Under the pieces are notes generated by a model that searched no databases, had not been told where the DNA came from, and saw only the letters and a list, made by a program, of their open reading frames with translations. Of a stretch of 64,000 nt of DNA, positions 27,872-36,462 are shown piece by piece (the first letter of the stretch is position 1; every line of letters starts with the position of its first letter). The stretch is taken from positions 44,710 to 108,709 of the forward strand of contig JAUSHK010000003.1 of NCBI GenBank assembly GCA_030648515.1, given 5' to 3'. The position numbers and the translations under genes were made by a program. The stretch comes from Candidatus Jorgensenbacteria bacterium (lineage in GTDB: Bacteria; Patescibacteriota; Minisyncoccia; UBA6257; GWB1-50-10).

Positions 27872-28550
27872 TTATTTTCTCTACCACCCGATTCTCTGGC
27901 TCCTTGTTGAAATTTATAACACTGTGGCTTTTCATGATTTGGGGATAGCAATCATTCTCCTTACTATTCTTGTGCGCGTGGTGCTTCTTCCCCTCTTTTA
28001 CAAGGGAGCGAAGGACCAAGTGATTATGCAGCGCCTACAGCCCAAGATAAAAGAGATTCAGGAAACGCATCGTGAAAACAAGGAACGGCAGGCGCGGGAG
28101 CTGATGAGTCTGTATCGCGAGCACCGCGTAAATCCCCTCTCGAGCATCCTCCTTGTTGCTATACAACTCCCCATTCTTATCGCGCTTTATCAAGTGTTTG
28201 GTAAGGAGGCGCTTTCTGCAACATTTGACAATCTCTCGTTTCTAAGCTTAATTAACCTAGGGGAAAAGAGCGTCGCTCTAGTAGCTATTGCGGCAATTCT
28301 CCAGTATATTCAAGGGAAACTAGCCCTTCCGAAGCAATCCCCGGCCGACGGACCGAATCCGGTAGCAGCGATTGGGAAAACGATGGTGTATGTGGGACCG
28401 CTCCTTACACTTGTTATTCTTGTAAATCTCCCGTCAGCACTCGGTCTCTATTGGGCGATTTCGACGGCCTTTTCAGTCATTCAGCAGATTTACATCAATA
28501 AACACGTACATATTCAAATAACACCAACAACAAACGAAAAAACCATATGA
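27855..28550 (+). CDS. yidC: membrane protein insertase YidC (short form)
   Basis: ILLTILVRVVLLPL..QRLQPKIKEIQ..SSILLVAIQLPILIALY typical YidC/Oxa1 core. Confidence 0.8.
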   Translation: MIELYNYFLYHPILWLLVEIYNTVAFHDLGIAIILLTILVRVVLLPLFYKGAKDQVIMQRLQPKIKEIQETHRENKERQARELMSLYREHRVNPLSSILLVAIQLPILIALYQVFGKEALSATFDNLSFLSLINLGEKSVALVAIAAILQYIQGKLALPKQSPADGPNPVAAIGKTMVYVGPLLTLVILVNLPSALGLYWAISTAFSVIQQIYINKHVHIQITPTTNEKTI

Positions 28551-28981
28551 ACGAAATTCATACAAAAACAAAAAAACTGCTTGACCTCATTGGGTTCGGA
28601 GGCGCCAATATAAGCATTGATGAAGAGCACCGGAAAATTTCAATTTTTGTGGACGACGAGATTATTAAAGAAAATATCTCGGTAATTCTGCAAACATTTG
28701 ATCATCTTTTAAACCTTATGCTCCGGAGGGAGGGCGACAGGATGTTTGTCGTTGATCTTAATAACTACCGCAAGGAACGCGAGCGGATTATTGCCGACCT
28801 TGCCCGCGCCGCGGCGCACAAGGCGATGCTTACCAAAGCGGATGTGGAGCTTCCTCCAATGAACGCGTACGAGCGCCGATTGGTGCATATGGAGATTGCA
28901 AGCCATCCGGAATTAAAAACCGAAAGCATTGGCGTTGGAAAAGACCGGCGAACAGTAATAAAACACATTGTAAATAGTTAA
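28547..28981 (+). CDS. jag: Jag/KhpB-like RNA-binding protein (KH + R3H)
   Basis: C-terminal R3H motif LPPMNAYERRLVHMEI; position after yidC. Confidence 0.7.
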   Translation: MNEIHTKTKKLLDLIGFGGANISIDEEHRKISIFVDDEIIKENISVILQTFDHLLNLMLRREGDRMFVVDLNNYRKERERIIADLARAAAHKAMLTKADVELPPMNAYERRLVHMEIASHPELKTESIGVGKDRRTVIKHIVNS

Positions 28982-29010
28982 AAAACTCCGACTTTAGTCG
29001 GAGTTTTTTG
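28981..29010. terminator. bidirectional rho-independent terminator
   Basis: stem ctccgac/gtcggag, loop ttta, A-run upstream and T-run downstream. Confidence 0.65.
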
Positions 29011-29011
29011 T

Positions 29012-30181
29012 TTACTGCCCTGTCGTGAGGCGATAAAGCCCGTTATCCAGTTTGTTTATGAAGTAAAGATAATTCCCTGTGATTCGTGGGTTTTTTGCGT
29101 CGACGGGCTTGCTGTTGTTAAGATCCGAAACAGAGATCTGCTGCATTGAGTCCGCCGCGGTATTCATAAGATAGAGTGCGTCATTAAAGTAGGTTTTATT
29201 GGTAAGATATGCGTCAATGAGGTCCGAATCTTGCGGTACGCTCTCCGCGTTCTGCGGTACAAAACACGCGATAGTAGAGCCAAGTGAGGCGCACTTTTGC
29301 GGAACGGTCTTAAACGGTGTTGGAAAAATACTGGTAAGCATGAGGCCGGTAAAAATTTGGAATTGCGACGCGCTTCCTAAGAAAGTTTTTGTTCTATCCT
29401 GCGACATCCGCAGTACAAGATCATTACCCCCTCTCTGCAATGTATTTACCGCGAGTGTTTTGGTGTCAAAAAGCCAGGCGCGGCTCTGATATGACGGCGA
29501 TGGGAGTTCTGTAATGTATAGGCTTGTCGGCGGAACAAGTGTGAGGCGCACATCGCCGAGGCGGAAGTCTTGGAGAATGGCCTTAAACGCCGGCGGAGTT
29601 TTGGAGACATCATACGTTCCAAGTGTTCTTGCGTCGCCGGATGTTCCGGTGATTGCAATAATCTCATTATCTTTCGCGCCCCATGTTGCGGTTATAATTC
29701 CTGAAGGAAGCGGTCGCCATATTTTATCAACCGCGTCAAAAACGCCCCACTGTAGCGAGCGCGGATTGCCGAACGCCACAAGTGCCCTATCGCCCTTACT
29801 GTTCGGCTCAAGTGAATTTAGTGCCGTAAGCGGCTGGGAAGAAACCTCGGTATCGTCCGCTTCTTTCGCTAAATACACCACCCCGTCCGCGGTAAGATAA
29901 TACGCTTCAAGCGTTCCTGTATTTACCCAATAATCAAAAACTGGTTTGTCGCTTAATTTAACAAACTTTTGCTCAACGGCATTCGTCGCCCCACCTGTCC
30001 CCGGCGACAAAACCTCCGTGGAGGTGGTATTTTCCACAGGCAACGGAAGCATTCCGGTTACCGGCGTCTGCTCGGGGGGTGTTACTGGAGTGCCAGAATT
30101 TCTGAACCAGATTGCATAAACAAGGAGCGCAAGAATAATAACAACAAGCGACGCAATTATGATTTTATAAGAACGGCTCAT
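29012..30181 (-). CDS. hypothetical membrane-anchored extracytoplasmic protein (last gene of T4SS-like operon)
   Basis: single N-terminal TM helix, 360-aa beta-rich exported domain. Confidence 0.4.
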   Translation of the reverse strand: MSRSYKIIIASLVVIILALLVYAIWFRNSGTPVTPPEQTPVTGMLPLPVENTTSTEVLSPGTGGATNAVEQKFVKLSDKPVFDYWVNTGTLEAYYLTADGVVYLAKEADDTEVSSQPLTALNSLEPNSKGDRALVAFGNPRSLQWGVFDAVDKIWRPLPSGIITATWGAKDNEIIAITGTSGDARTLGTYDVSKTPPAFKAILQDFRLGDVRLTLVPPTSLYITELPSPSYQSRAWLFDTKTLAVNTLQRGGNDLVLRMSQDRTKTFLGSASQFQIFTGLMLTSIFPTPFKTVPQKCASLGSTIACFVPQNAESVPQDSDLIDAYLTNKTYFNDALYLMNTAADSMQQISVSDLNNSKPVDAKNPRITGNYLYFINKLDNGLYRLTTGQ

Positions 30182-30197
30182 GATAATAGAACATTTT

Positions 30198-31523
30198 TTA
30201 TTGAGCTAACTGAACATGGAAGTGTCGATCTGCGCCAGTTTCTCTGCATAACTTACCAACTTTACTAGGCGAAGCATAAGCTTTGAGATTATTAAAATCC
30301 TTATCATTTGCAACGCATAATTTAGTAACCCTTGGATTGTCAATAAGGTATTTACCGAGTACGTCCCACGCAAGCTCATTGCTTCTATTTTTAGGAACGA
30401 CGTCAAAAATTGGCTCGCCGGGGCCATGCGTGTTGTGCCCCTCCTCGGTTCCTCCGGTTACTTCAATTTGGCACGGGGGCCATCCACTAAGCGGTTTTGT
30501 CCCAACTTGTATTTCGCAATTTTGCGGGATTTCCTTAAGAAAAGTAATAACGCTATTAGGCATTCCACTAAGAGACGTGCAGTTAGTGGCTTTAGCGGTC
30601 GGACAATCTAGTTTGTTTATGGTAATATTTTTATTTACTTCTAGTTCAGCTCTTAAAGCTGCGTCCGAAGAATAACTTGCTTCCCCTTGTAAACTTGTAA
30701 TTTGTTGCCCTTCAATAATACAAGCGCTCAAATCATCCCGTAGCTGCACTGATTGCACAGATTGCTTCCCGTCATTATAGTCAGGCGGCTGATAAGCGTA
30801 TATGAGACACTTCGCGCTTTCCGAAGGTGTCACAGAGCCTTTTATAAAATACGGATAACTCCACACGATTGAACTTATGGGAATTGAAATATTATAGGTA
30901 GTCAGCCCAAGATAATAATACTTTTTATCCCCAGCGTTTGCGCTGAGCGTTATCTGTTTTGTGGTTACCGTCTTTCGGAATTGGCATCCGTCAACTTCCC
31001 CGGGGACTTCGCTTAAATACAGAATACTAGCTGGATCTCCGCAACTTTTACTCTCAGCCCCGAGCGAAAGGGATGACGACGCTACTGTTTTTTGCGGAGC
31101 GTACGGCTCTTTAAGCGTCACAAGTTCCGGATTGATGGTATTTAAGATGAGATAAGTGCCGAAGAGCAGGACAATCCCCCAAATGGCAGAGGTAATCATC
31201 TCTCTTCCAAGCCCGGCTTTTGTAACATCGCCTGTCGTCGCGGAAATATAAATGCCGCCGGCAATAATCATTCCGACCGCGAGAATGCCCGCTATCGCGA
31301 TGCCGAATTGGTAAATCTTTTTAATGTAATCAATGAACGATGTATCGCTGCTTACGCCAACAGTGCAGTCTTGCCCGAGTTGCCCGGCTGGACACGGAAA
31401 ATTAATGTCTACGATTTGCGATGTGGCAGACGGATCAGTTTTTTCTTGTCCGTATGCCAGCGCGCCAGACATTGTAAACATCACAGTGAATACAAGCAGA
31501 AGAAGAACTAAAAATTTTTTCAT
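30198..31523 (-). CDS. VirB2/TrbC-like pilin module fused to large Cys-containing extracellular domain
   Basis: signal peptide, helix-loop(SATTGD..GREM)-helix identical in architecture to paralogs at 53657..55426, then ~310-aa domain with 10 Cys. Confidence 0.45.
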   Translation of the reverse strand: MKKFLVLLLLVFTVMFTMSGALAYGQEKTDPSATSQIVDINFPCPAGQLGQDCTVGVSSDTSFIDYIKKIYQFGIAIAGILAVGMIIAGGIYISATTGDVTKAGLGREMITSAIWGIVLLFGTYLILNTINPELVTLKEPYAPQKTVASSSLSLGAESKSCGDPASILYLSEVPGEVDGCQFRKTVTTKQITLSANAGDKKYYYLGLTTYNISIPISSIVWSYPYFIKGSVTPSESAKCLIYAYQPPDYNDGKQSVQSVQLRDDLSACIIEGQQITSLQGEASYSSDAALRAELEVNKNITINKLDCPTAKATNCTSLSGMPNSVITFLKEIPQNCEIQVGTKPLSGWPPCQIEVTGGTEEGHNTHGPGEPIFDVVPKNRSNELAWDVLGKYLIDNPRVTKLCVANDKDFNNLKAYASPSKVGKLCRETGADRHFHVQLAQ

Positions 31524-31538
31524 ACGTTTAATAACTGA

Positions 31539-32219
31539 TTATTGAACCATTAATTTCGCACGACCGTTCGCAAATTCCGCAAGGTTACTTTGATTTTGAA
31601 CTGTTCCCGTTATGCGCAGTGTTTGCTGTCCGGACGTCTGAAGCGCCCCAAGTTTTAAAGACAATGCATTGTCCCCGGTTGATTGCTGACGGGTATCATT
31701 AATTTGCCAGAAAAAAATAAGGTCGTTGAGTGAGGAGTTTGTAAAAAAGTACGGAATAGATTTCAAAAATATGTCGCTCTGTGCTTGCACAATACCATTT
31801 GGATATGGCGCTTCAATCACGACTCGCGGCGCCGTGATTGGAATTTGGAGAGATGTTACGAGCGTCCCCTCTGCGCGCTCAATTTCTGCCCGTATGGTGT
31901 GCGTTCCGCTGTCTTTCTGCCGAGCCGTGAACGTTACACTCTTTTTCCCGTGCCCCTCACTCACAAAATTATCATCAAGGTACCACGCGATATTAGAGCC
32001 GCTAATGTTTAAGAATTTCCCTCCGCGCACTACTTCAACGAGCGCTGTCACGGGCGTGCCGGGAGTTACGAGCGGTTTCCCTAGAAAATTCGCCGGATAA
32101 AAATTGTTCGCTTCCCATGTAATAATGACCTGGTCAGTTGTTTGCGCAAGAGCAGTTTGAACAAGTGTAGCGACCGCAAGTATTGCTAAAATAACAATGG
32201 TAAAACGTGCTAAATTCAT
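31539..32219 (-). CDS. hypothetical secreted protein
   Basis: cleavable-type signal peptide (..ALA/QT), beta-rich 200-aa domain. Confidence 0.4.
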   Translation of the reverse strand: MNLARFTIVILAILAVATLVQTALAQTTDQVIITWEANNFYPANFLGKPLVTPGTPVTALVEVVRGGKFLNISGSNIAWYLDDNFVSEGHGKKSVTFTARQKDSGTHTIRAEIERAEGTLVTSLQIPITAPRVVIEAPYPNGIVQAQSDIFLKSIPYFFTNSSLNDLIFFWQINDTRQQSTGDNALSLKLGALQTSGQQTLRITGTVQNQSNLAEFANGRAKLMVQ

Positions 32220-32251
32220 CCCGTTTATTATAACCTATTTAACAGTCGTGC

Positions 32252-32563
32252 TCACGTCTTCTCATGTGGCGCCGCGCGATTATGCATAATCGCGCTGACG
32301 ACAAACACAACAAACGTTGTTGGTATCACAGGAAGTATATTCGCGGCGTACTTAGCTATTTGTCTCCCGATCTTTTTTGAGTCGGCGTCTCCCTTGTTTT
32401 TAAACCAAAACCACGTTGCCGCAGTCACGCCCGCTTGTATAAGCGGGCTCACAATAATGCCGATAGCAAATGCGTCGAGAATCCCGCAAGCAAAGTCAAT
32501 AAAGAACGTGACTAATCCCCCAATAAGGATTTCGGCCTCCGAAAACTTTTTATACTCGCCCAT
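32252..32563 (-). CDS. small 3-TM membrane protein (possible VirB3-like accessory)
   Basis: 103 aa, three hydrophobic segments, directly upstream neighbour of VirB4-like ATPase. Confidence 0.35.
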   Translation of the reverse strand: MGEYKKFSEAEILIGGLVTFFIDFACGILDAFAIGIIVSPLIQAGVTAATWFWFKNKGDADSKKIGRQIAKYAANILPVIPTTFVVFVVSAIMHNRAAPHEKT

Positions 32564-32566
32564 CGA

Positions 32567-34324
32567 TTATTGCTTTTCAATCCCCTTCATCTCGAGCATT
32601 TGCTCCGGATTTGTCGTGATAATCTGGTCCTCGGTGTACGACGCAATAACCTTAAGCGCGACGTGTTTCAATCCAGCGAAGAAAAGCCCTTCGCCGACGT
32701 TTGCTTCAAGGAGAAACGCCTTCTCGCCTTCCGTAAGGCCGAATGTCTGCGCGACCGGCGCGATGCTCGCGGGTGATTGTTTCATAAGAAGCTGGAGCGA
32801 AGAGTTTGTAATGATTGGCCGGCCGTAGTCCGACTTAATGAAATCCTCAACGTCTTGCGTAATCGTTGTAATGCCGAGATAGTATTTGCGCGAGCGTTTT
32901 ACGAGACCAAAGAGGAACGCCGCGCTGTCCTTATACTTCATCATCCACCACGCCTCATCAATGACGAGGATTCTTGGTTTTAGCTGCGAGCGGATGAGGT
33001 TCCAGACGAAGTTTAAAACAATATACATTGCAATCGGCCGCAACTCTTCCTCAAGATCGCGGATTGAAAAAACAATCAGGCGGTTTTTAACATCAACATT
33101 GGTCGGGGCATTCGTAAATCCGGCGTATGAGCCGTTCACGAACTTTTCAAGCCGCTGGCCGATTCCGCGCCCGCCCTCGGTGTTTTGAAGAATTGTCTGG
33201 AGGTCTCCCAAAAGCGGCGGATTAAGCTCTTTCATTGAGCCGAAATTTTCCGCCGTAATGTCGCGCGAGGCATAGGTTTCTGTAATCACGCGGTCAAGGA
33301 TCGCGTCCTCCTCGGGCGTTACGACTCCCAGCATAAGTTTTACAAGGCCGGTAAGGTTCAAGATGTGGGATTTAAACACGTCCGCCGGCTCCTCCCCTTC
33401 CGGTATCACTGGAATATCAAACGGGTTGATGTGGCTCTCGGACGTAAGAGAAATTTTAAAGTAGCTGCCGCCGATCGCGTTTGAAAGATTTTCATACTCA
33501 TTCTCGGGGTCAATGATGATTACGTCATTCCCGAGCATGAGCGATCGGAGAATTTCAAGCTTTGTTGCGTATGATTTCCCGGCACCTGCTTTCGCGAACA
33601 CAACCTGGTTCGCGTTTTCAAGCGAGAAGCGGTCAAAGATGACAAGTCCGTTATTGTGAAGATTTATCCCGTAAAGAATGCCCTTGTCCGATGAAAGATT
33701 TGGCGAGACAAATGGAAAAAGAGACGACGCAGGTCCCGAATTGAGGGGCGTGTGAATCTGAATCTGGTCCTGATTCAGCGGGAGGACCGAATTAAATCCC
33801 TCAATCTGGCGGAAAAGCGCTGGCTTTATGTAGACAAGCTTGCTTTCTAAAACGTTTTCAACGGTGTGCTCAAGCCGGTTTAATTCCTCAATGCTTGCGC
33901 CATAAAACGTGATATAAACCCCGACTTTAAAAAGATGTTCTTGTGCTTGCATCAGCATATCGCGAAGATTCTCTACGTCTTCCTGCGCGGTTTCAAGCGC
34001 CGGGTCGCGCACAAGCCCTTTCTCCTCCTTTTCTGAAAGTTCCACCTCAATTTGCGTAATTTTCTTTTTAAGGCCGCGAAGCGCGAGCGCTGTGTCCATT
34101 GGGTGTATGAAAATTGAGATGTCCATCATTTGCGCCATATTAATAATAGGAGAGAACCACCCGCTTGATATGTATCGCGGATAAGTGAAGATGAAGACGG
34201 TTTTCGCGTAGTAATCGCCGATTTTAAGATAGTTCGAGCTTACCTCAAGGCCGGCGGGGGCGATAATATTTGGAATGTCTTCCTCGGGAGACGCTTTGTA
34301 AGCTTTCGGAATTTTAATATCCAT
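32567..34324 (-). CDS. VirB4/TrbE-like (Gram-positive type) conjugation/secretion ATPase
   Basis: Walker A AKAGAGKSY, Walker B ILVIDEAWWM, N-terminal region with conserved hydrophobic block typical of VirB4-family. Confidence 0.7.
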   Translation of the reverse strand: MDIKIPKAYKASPEEDIPNIIAPAGLEVSSNYLKIGDYYAKTVFIFTYPRYISSGWFSPIINMAQMMDISIFIHPMDTALALRGLKKKITQIEVELSEKEEKGLVRDPALETAQEDVENLRDMLMQAQEHLFKVGVYITFYGASIEELNRLEHTVENVLESKLVYIKPALFRQIEGFNSVLPLNQDQIQIHTPLNSGPASSLFPFVSPNLSSDKGILYGINLHNNGLVIFDRFSLENANQVVFAKAGAGKSYATKLEILRSLMLGNDVIIIDPENEYENLSNAIGGSYFKISLTSESHINPFDIPVIPEGEEPADVFKSHILNLTGLVKLMLGVVTPEEDAILDRVITETYASRDITAENFGSMKELNPPLLGDLQTILQNTEGGRGIGQRLEKFVNGSYAGFTNAPTNVDVKNRLIVFSIRDLEEELRPIAMYIVLNFVWNLIRSQLKPRILVIDEAWWMMKYKDSAAFLFGLVKRSRKYYLGITTITQDVEDFIKSDYGRPIITNSSLQLLMKQSPASIAPVAQTFGLTEGEKAFLLEANVGEGLFFAGLKHVALKVIASYTEDQIITTNPEQMLEMKGIEKQ

Positions 34325-34352
34325 GTAAATAATTAGTAATTAAGGGTTAATG

Positions 34353-34994
34353 CTATTGTTTTCGCGTGGCCTCCAAATTTTTCTTTTCGGTAAGCTGCGG
34401 ATTGTAGAGATTGTAAAAAAGCTCGACCATTTCATCGTCCGCGAGTTCAGCTGTCCGAAGCCCGATTTGCCCAAGGCCGCTAGTGACTTGCGACACCCTC
34501 TGCTCAAGCTGTTCTGCGTTTTCTTTTTCGGTATTCTCCTTTTGTTTCTGATTTGGTTTTTGTCCAAGGACTCCGCTTAAGAAACCGCGCGCTTCAGAAA
34601 CAAGAATAAGTGGCTCGTACGGGACGATTACAAAGAAAGCCTTATCAATAATAGCGTTTTGCTCGACAAATGACTTAATGAACTCAACATATTCCGCAAT
34701 CTGGATTTTGAGGAGTTCATTTGTTTCCTCGTTTTTACGCGCAAGCATGCGCTCAAGATAACTCTCAATATTCACTTTCCTTGAATGGATGAAAAATTGT
34801 ATTGGGAAGTCAAGTCCGTTCAGAAAATTCTGGAACGTACCGAGAATCATTTCCTGTTCTTCCTCTGATTTGAGATCGAAATTAATTCCGCTTACAATTA
34901 AAATTTTTCGCAGCCCGCCCTTTTTTAAATAGACGATGCTGTTTTTAACCTCTTTAATTTCTACGAATTTTTGCGTCGGCAAAGATGGCTCCAT
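34353..34994 (-). CDS. hypothetical cytoplasmic protein of T4SS-like operon
   Basis: 213 aa, no TM; no recognisable motif. Confidence 0.4.
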   Translation of the reverse strand: MEPSLPTQKFVEIKEVKNSIVYLKKGGLRKILIVSGINFDLKSEEEQEMILGTFQNFLNGLDFPIQFFIHSRKVNIESYLERMLARKNEETNELLKIQIAEYVEFIKSFVEQNAIIDKAFFVIVPYEPLILVSEARGFLSGVLGQKPNQKQKENTEKENAEQLEQRVSQVTSGLGQIGLRTAELADDEMVELFYNLYNPQLTEKKNLEATRKQ

Positions 34995-35006
34995 GTGTTT
35001 ATTATA

Positions 35007-35489
35007 TTAGTAATCTATGCGCTTTGCCACAACTTTTTCTCCGGTTATCCGCGTAACGACCTGAAGTCGCTCCCCCGAGGATTCCTTGCTCTCGGTAAAT
35101 ATTTTTCCCGTTGCGATATTCATAGTAATAGATTTCAACTTTTCCTGGATGCTCATCGTGTTCCGCACTGCCTTAATCCGCTCAATATCGGAAACGTCAA
35201 CGTCTTTTGATATTCTCTGCCACGTGTAGACGCGCGGCTGCCACATATATGAGAGTCCAGAGAGAAGTGCCTGCGTGGCGTCTTGCCCATTGATTTTTAT
35301 AAACGCGAGCGCCGCGGCGGCTCCGCCCACGATAATCGTAATCAAAATCCAGAAAAACATGTTGAAAATGTTATATGAGATAACACTAATAAGGAACGCG
35401 CCCGCGATAAAGAAAAACTGCCGGAGCGTAAGTGGTCCGATGATTTTTGCCTTTTCTTCAATGAATTGTGGGACTTGGAATGTTGCCAT
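35007..35489 (-). CDS. 2-TM membrane protein (possible PrgI/VirB3-like)
   Basis: 160 aa, two adjacent TM helices near N-terminus then soluble tail. Confidence 0.35.
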   Translation of the reverse strand: MATFQVPQFIEEKAKIIGPLTLRQFFFIAGAFLISVISYNIFNMFFWILITIIVGGAAAALAFIKINGQDATQALLSGLSYMWQPRVYTWQRISKDVDVSDIERIKAVRNTMSIQEKLKSITMNIATGKIFTESKESSGERLQVVTRITGEKVVAKRIDY

Positions 35490-35490
35490 G

Positions 35491-36459
35491 TTATTGCTTG
35501 AGATTTACGATGTTGCCGTCTAAAAGTACACCCCCTTTCATTGTATCCTCTCCTTGTTTTTGAGGCGAACTTATTTGTTGCGCGGGTAATGGAGCCGGAA
35601 TCGGCGAGATTGGCGGAACTGGCGCGTTAGGCGCCTTAATTGACTGCGGCGCGGAGCTTGGAGCCGCTCCACGGGCACCTCCGCCGAAAGTTTCTAGATT
35701 AATAAACTCCCCTCCGCGCGACACTGGAGAAATCGGCGTGCGGAATTCGCTGTAGTGCACTACGCGCTTATCCTGAGCGGAGCCGAAGGATTTCTCCGGC
35801 TGTGGCTTGCTCTGAACTTGCCGATTTTCGTCAGGCGCCTCGATTTTGGCTTTTACCGGATTTTGTATTTCTTGCGGCGTGATTTTTTGCGCGAAGAAAC
35901 TGAATGATTTAGAAAGGTCCTTGAACGGAACTTTTGTACGTTCACTTGCGCCGGGTCCGAGTGGGCGCATCTCGTGAAGAATAAGCGGCGCGCCTTCCTC
36001 GCCCATCGTTTGTTTTGAGGCACCTTCGCGGATTGGTATTTGGGCTGTCTTTTCTTCGGATCTTTTTCCCTGAGCGGGAACATTTTGCAATAAACTTCCT
36101 CCCTGACGCGAAAGTGCTAACTCTTCATCAGCTGGCATATATATCTGCGCGAGGTCGCTTTTTACGGGGTTGAAAATTTCAGAAGCGAGCTCGTTTGAAA
36201 GCGCGGTCGCATGCTCAAAGTTCATATAAAGCCGGTCAACAAGTTCCTGCTTCAAGTCGCGCATATCAAGAAATCCAAGGAGCACGAGCCCGACGAGCTG
36301 TTCAAGAAGTCCGATTTTCTCGCGGCTCAAGTAATGCGATTTTCCAATTTGTGTTACAAGTTTTTCCGTGTGTTCGCTCGCAAGTAATTCCTGAATATGC
36401 TCAGGTAACGTATCAAATCGGTCTGAAATAATTTCTTGTGTGAGAAGTGAGTAATCCAT
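35491..36459 (-). CDS. hypothetical protein with Pro/Ala-rich disordered C-terminus
   Basis: 322 aa, structured N-terminal ~120 aa, low-complexity remainder. Confidence 0.4.
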   Translation of the reverse strand: MDYSLLTQEIISDRFDTLPEHIQELLASEHTEKLVTQIGKSHYLSREKIGLLEQLVGLVLLGFLDMRDLKQELVDRLYMNFEHATALSNELASEIFNPVKSDLAQIYMPADEELALSRQGGSLLQNVPAQGKRSEEKTAQIPIREGASKQTMGEEGAPLILHEMRPLGPGASERTKVPFKDLSKSFSFFAQKITPQEIQNPVKAKIEAPDENRQVQSKPQPEKSFGSAQDKRVVHYSEFRTPISPVSRGGEFINLETFGGGARGAAPSSAPQSIKAPNAPVPPISPIPAPLPAQQISSPQKQGEDTMKGGVLLDGNIVNLKQ

Positions 36460-36462
36460 ATA

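Noticed and set aside
34353-34994. 213-aa ORF as a split N-terminal domain of VirB4
   Set aside because: The 585-aa ATPase ORF already carries its own VirB4-type N-terminal region. Combined length matching ~800 aa is coincidental without sequence support.
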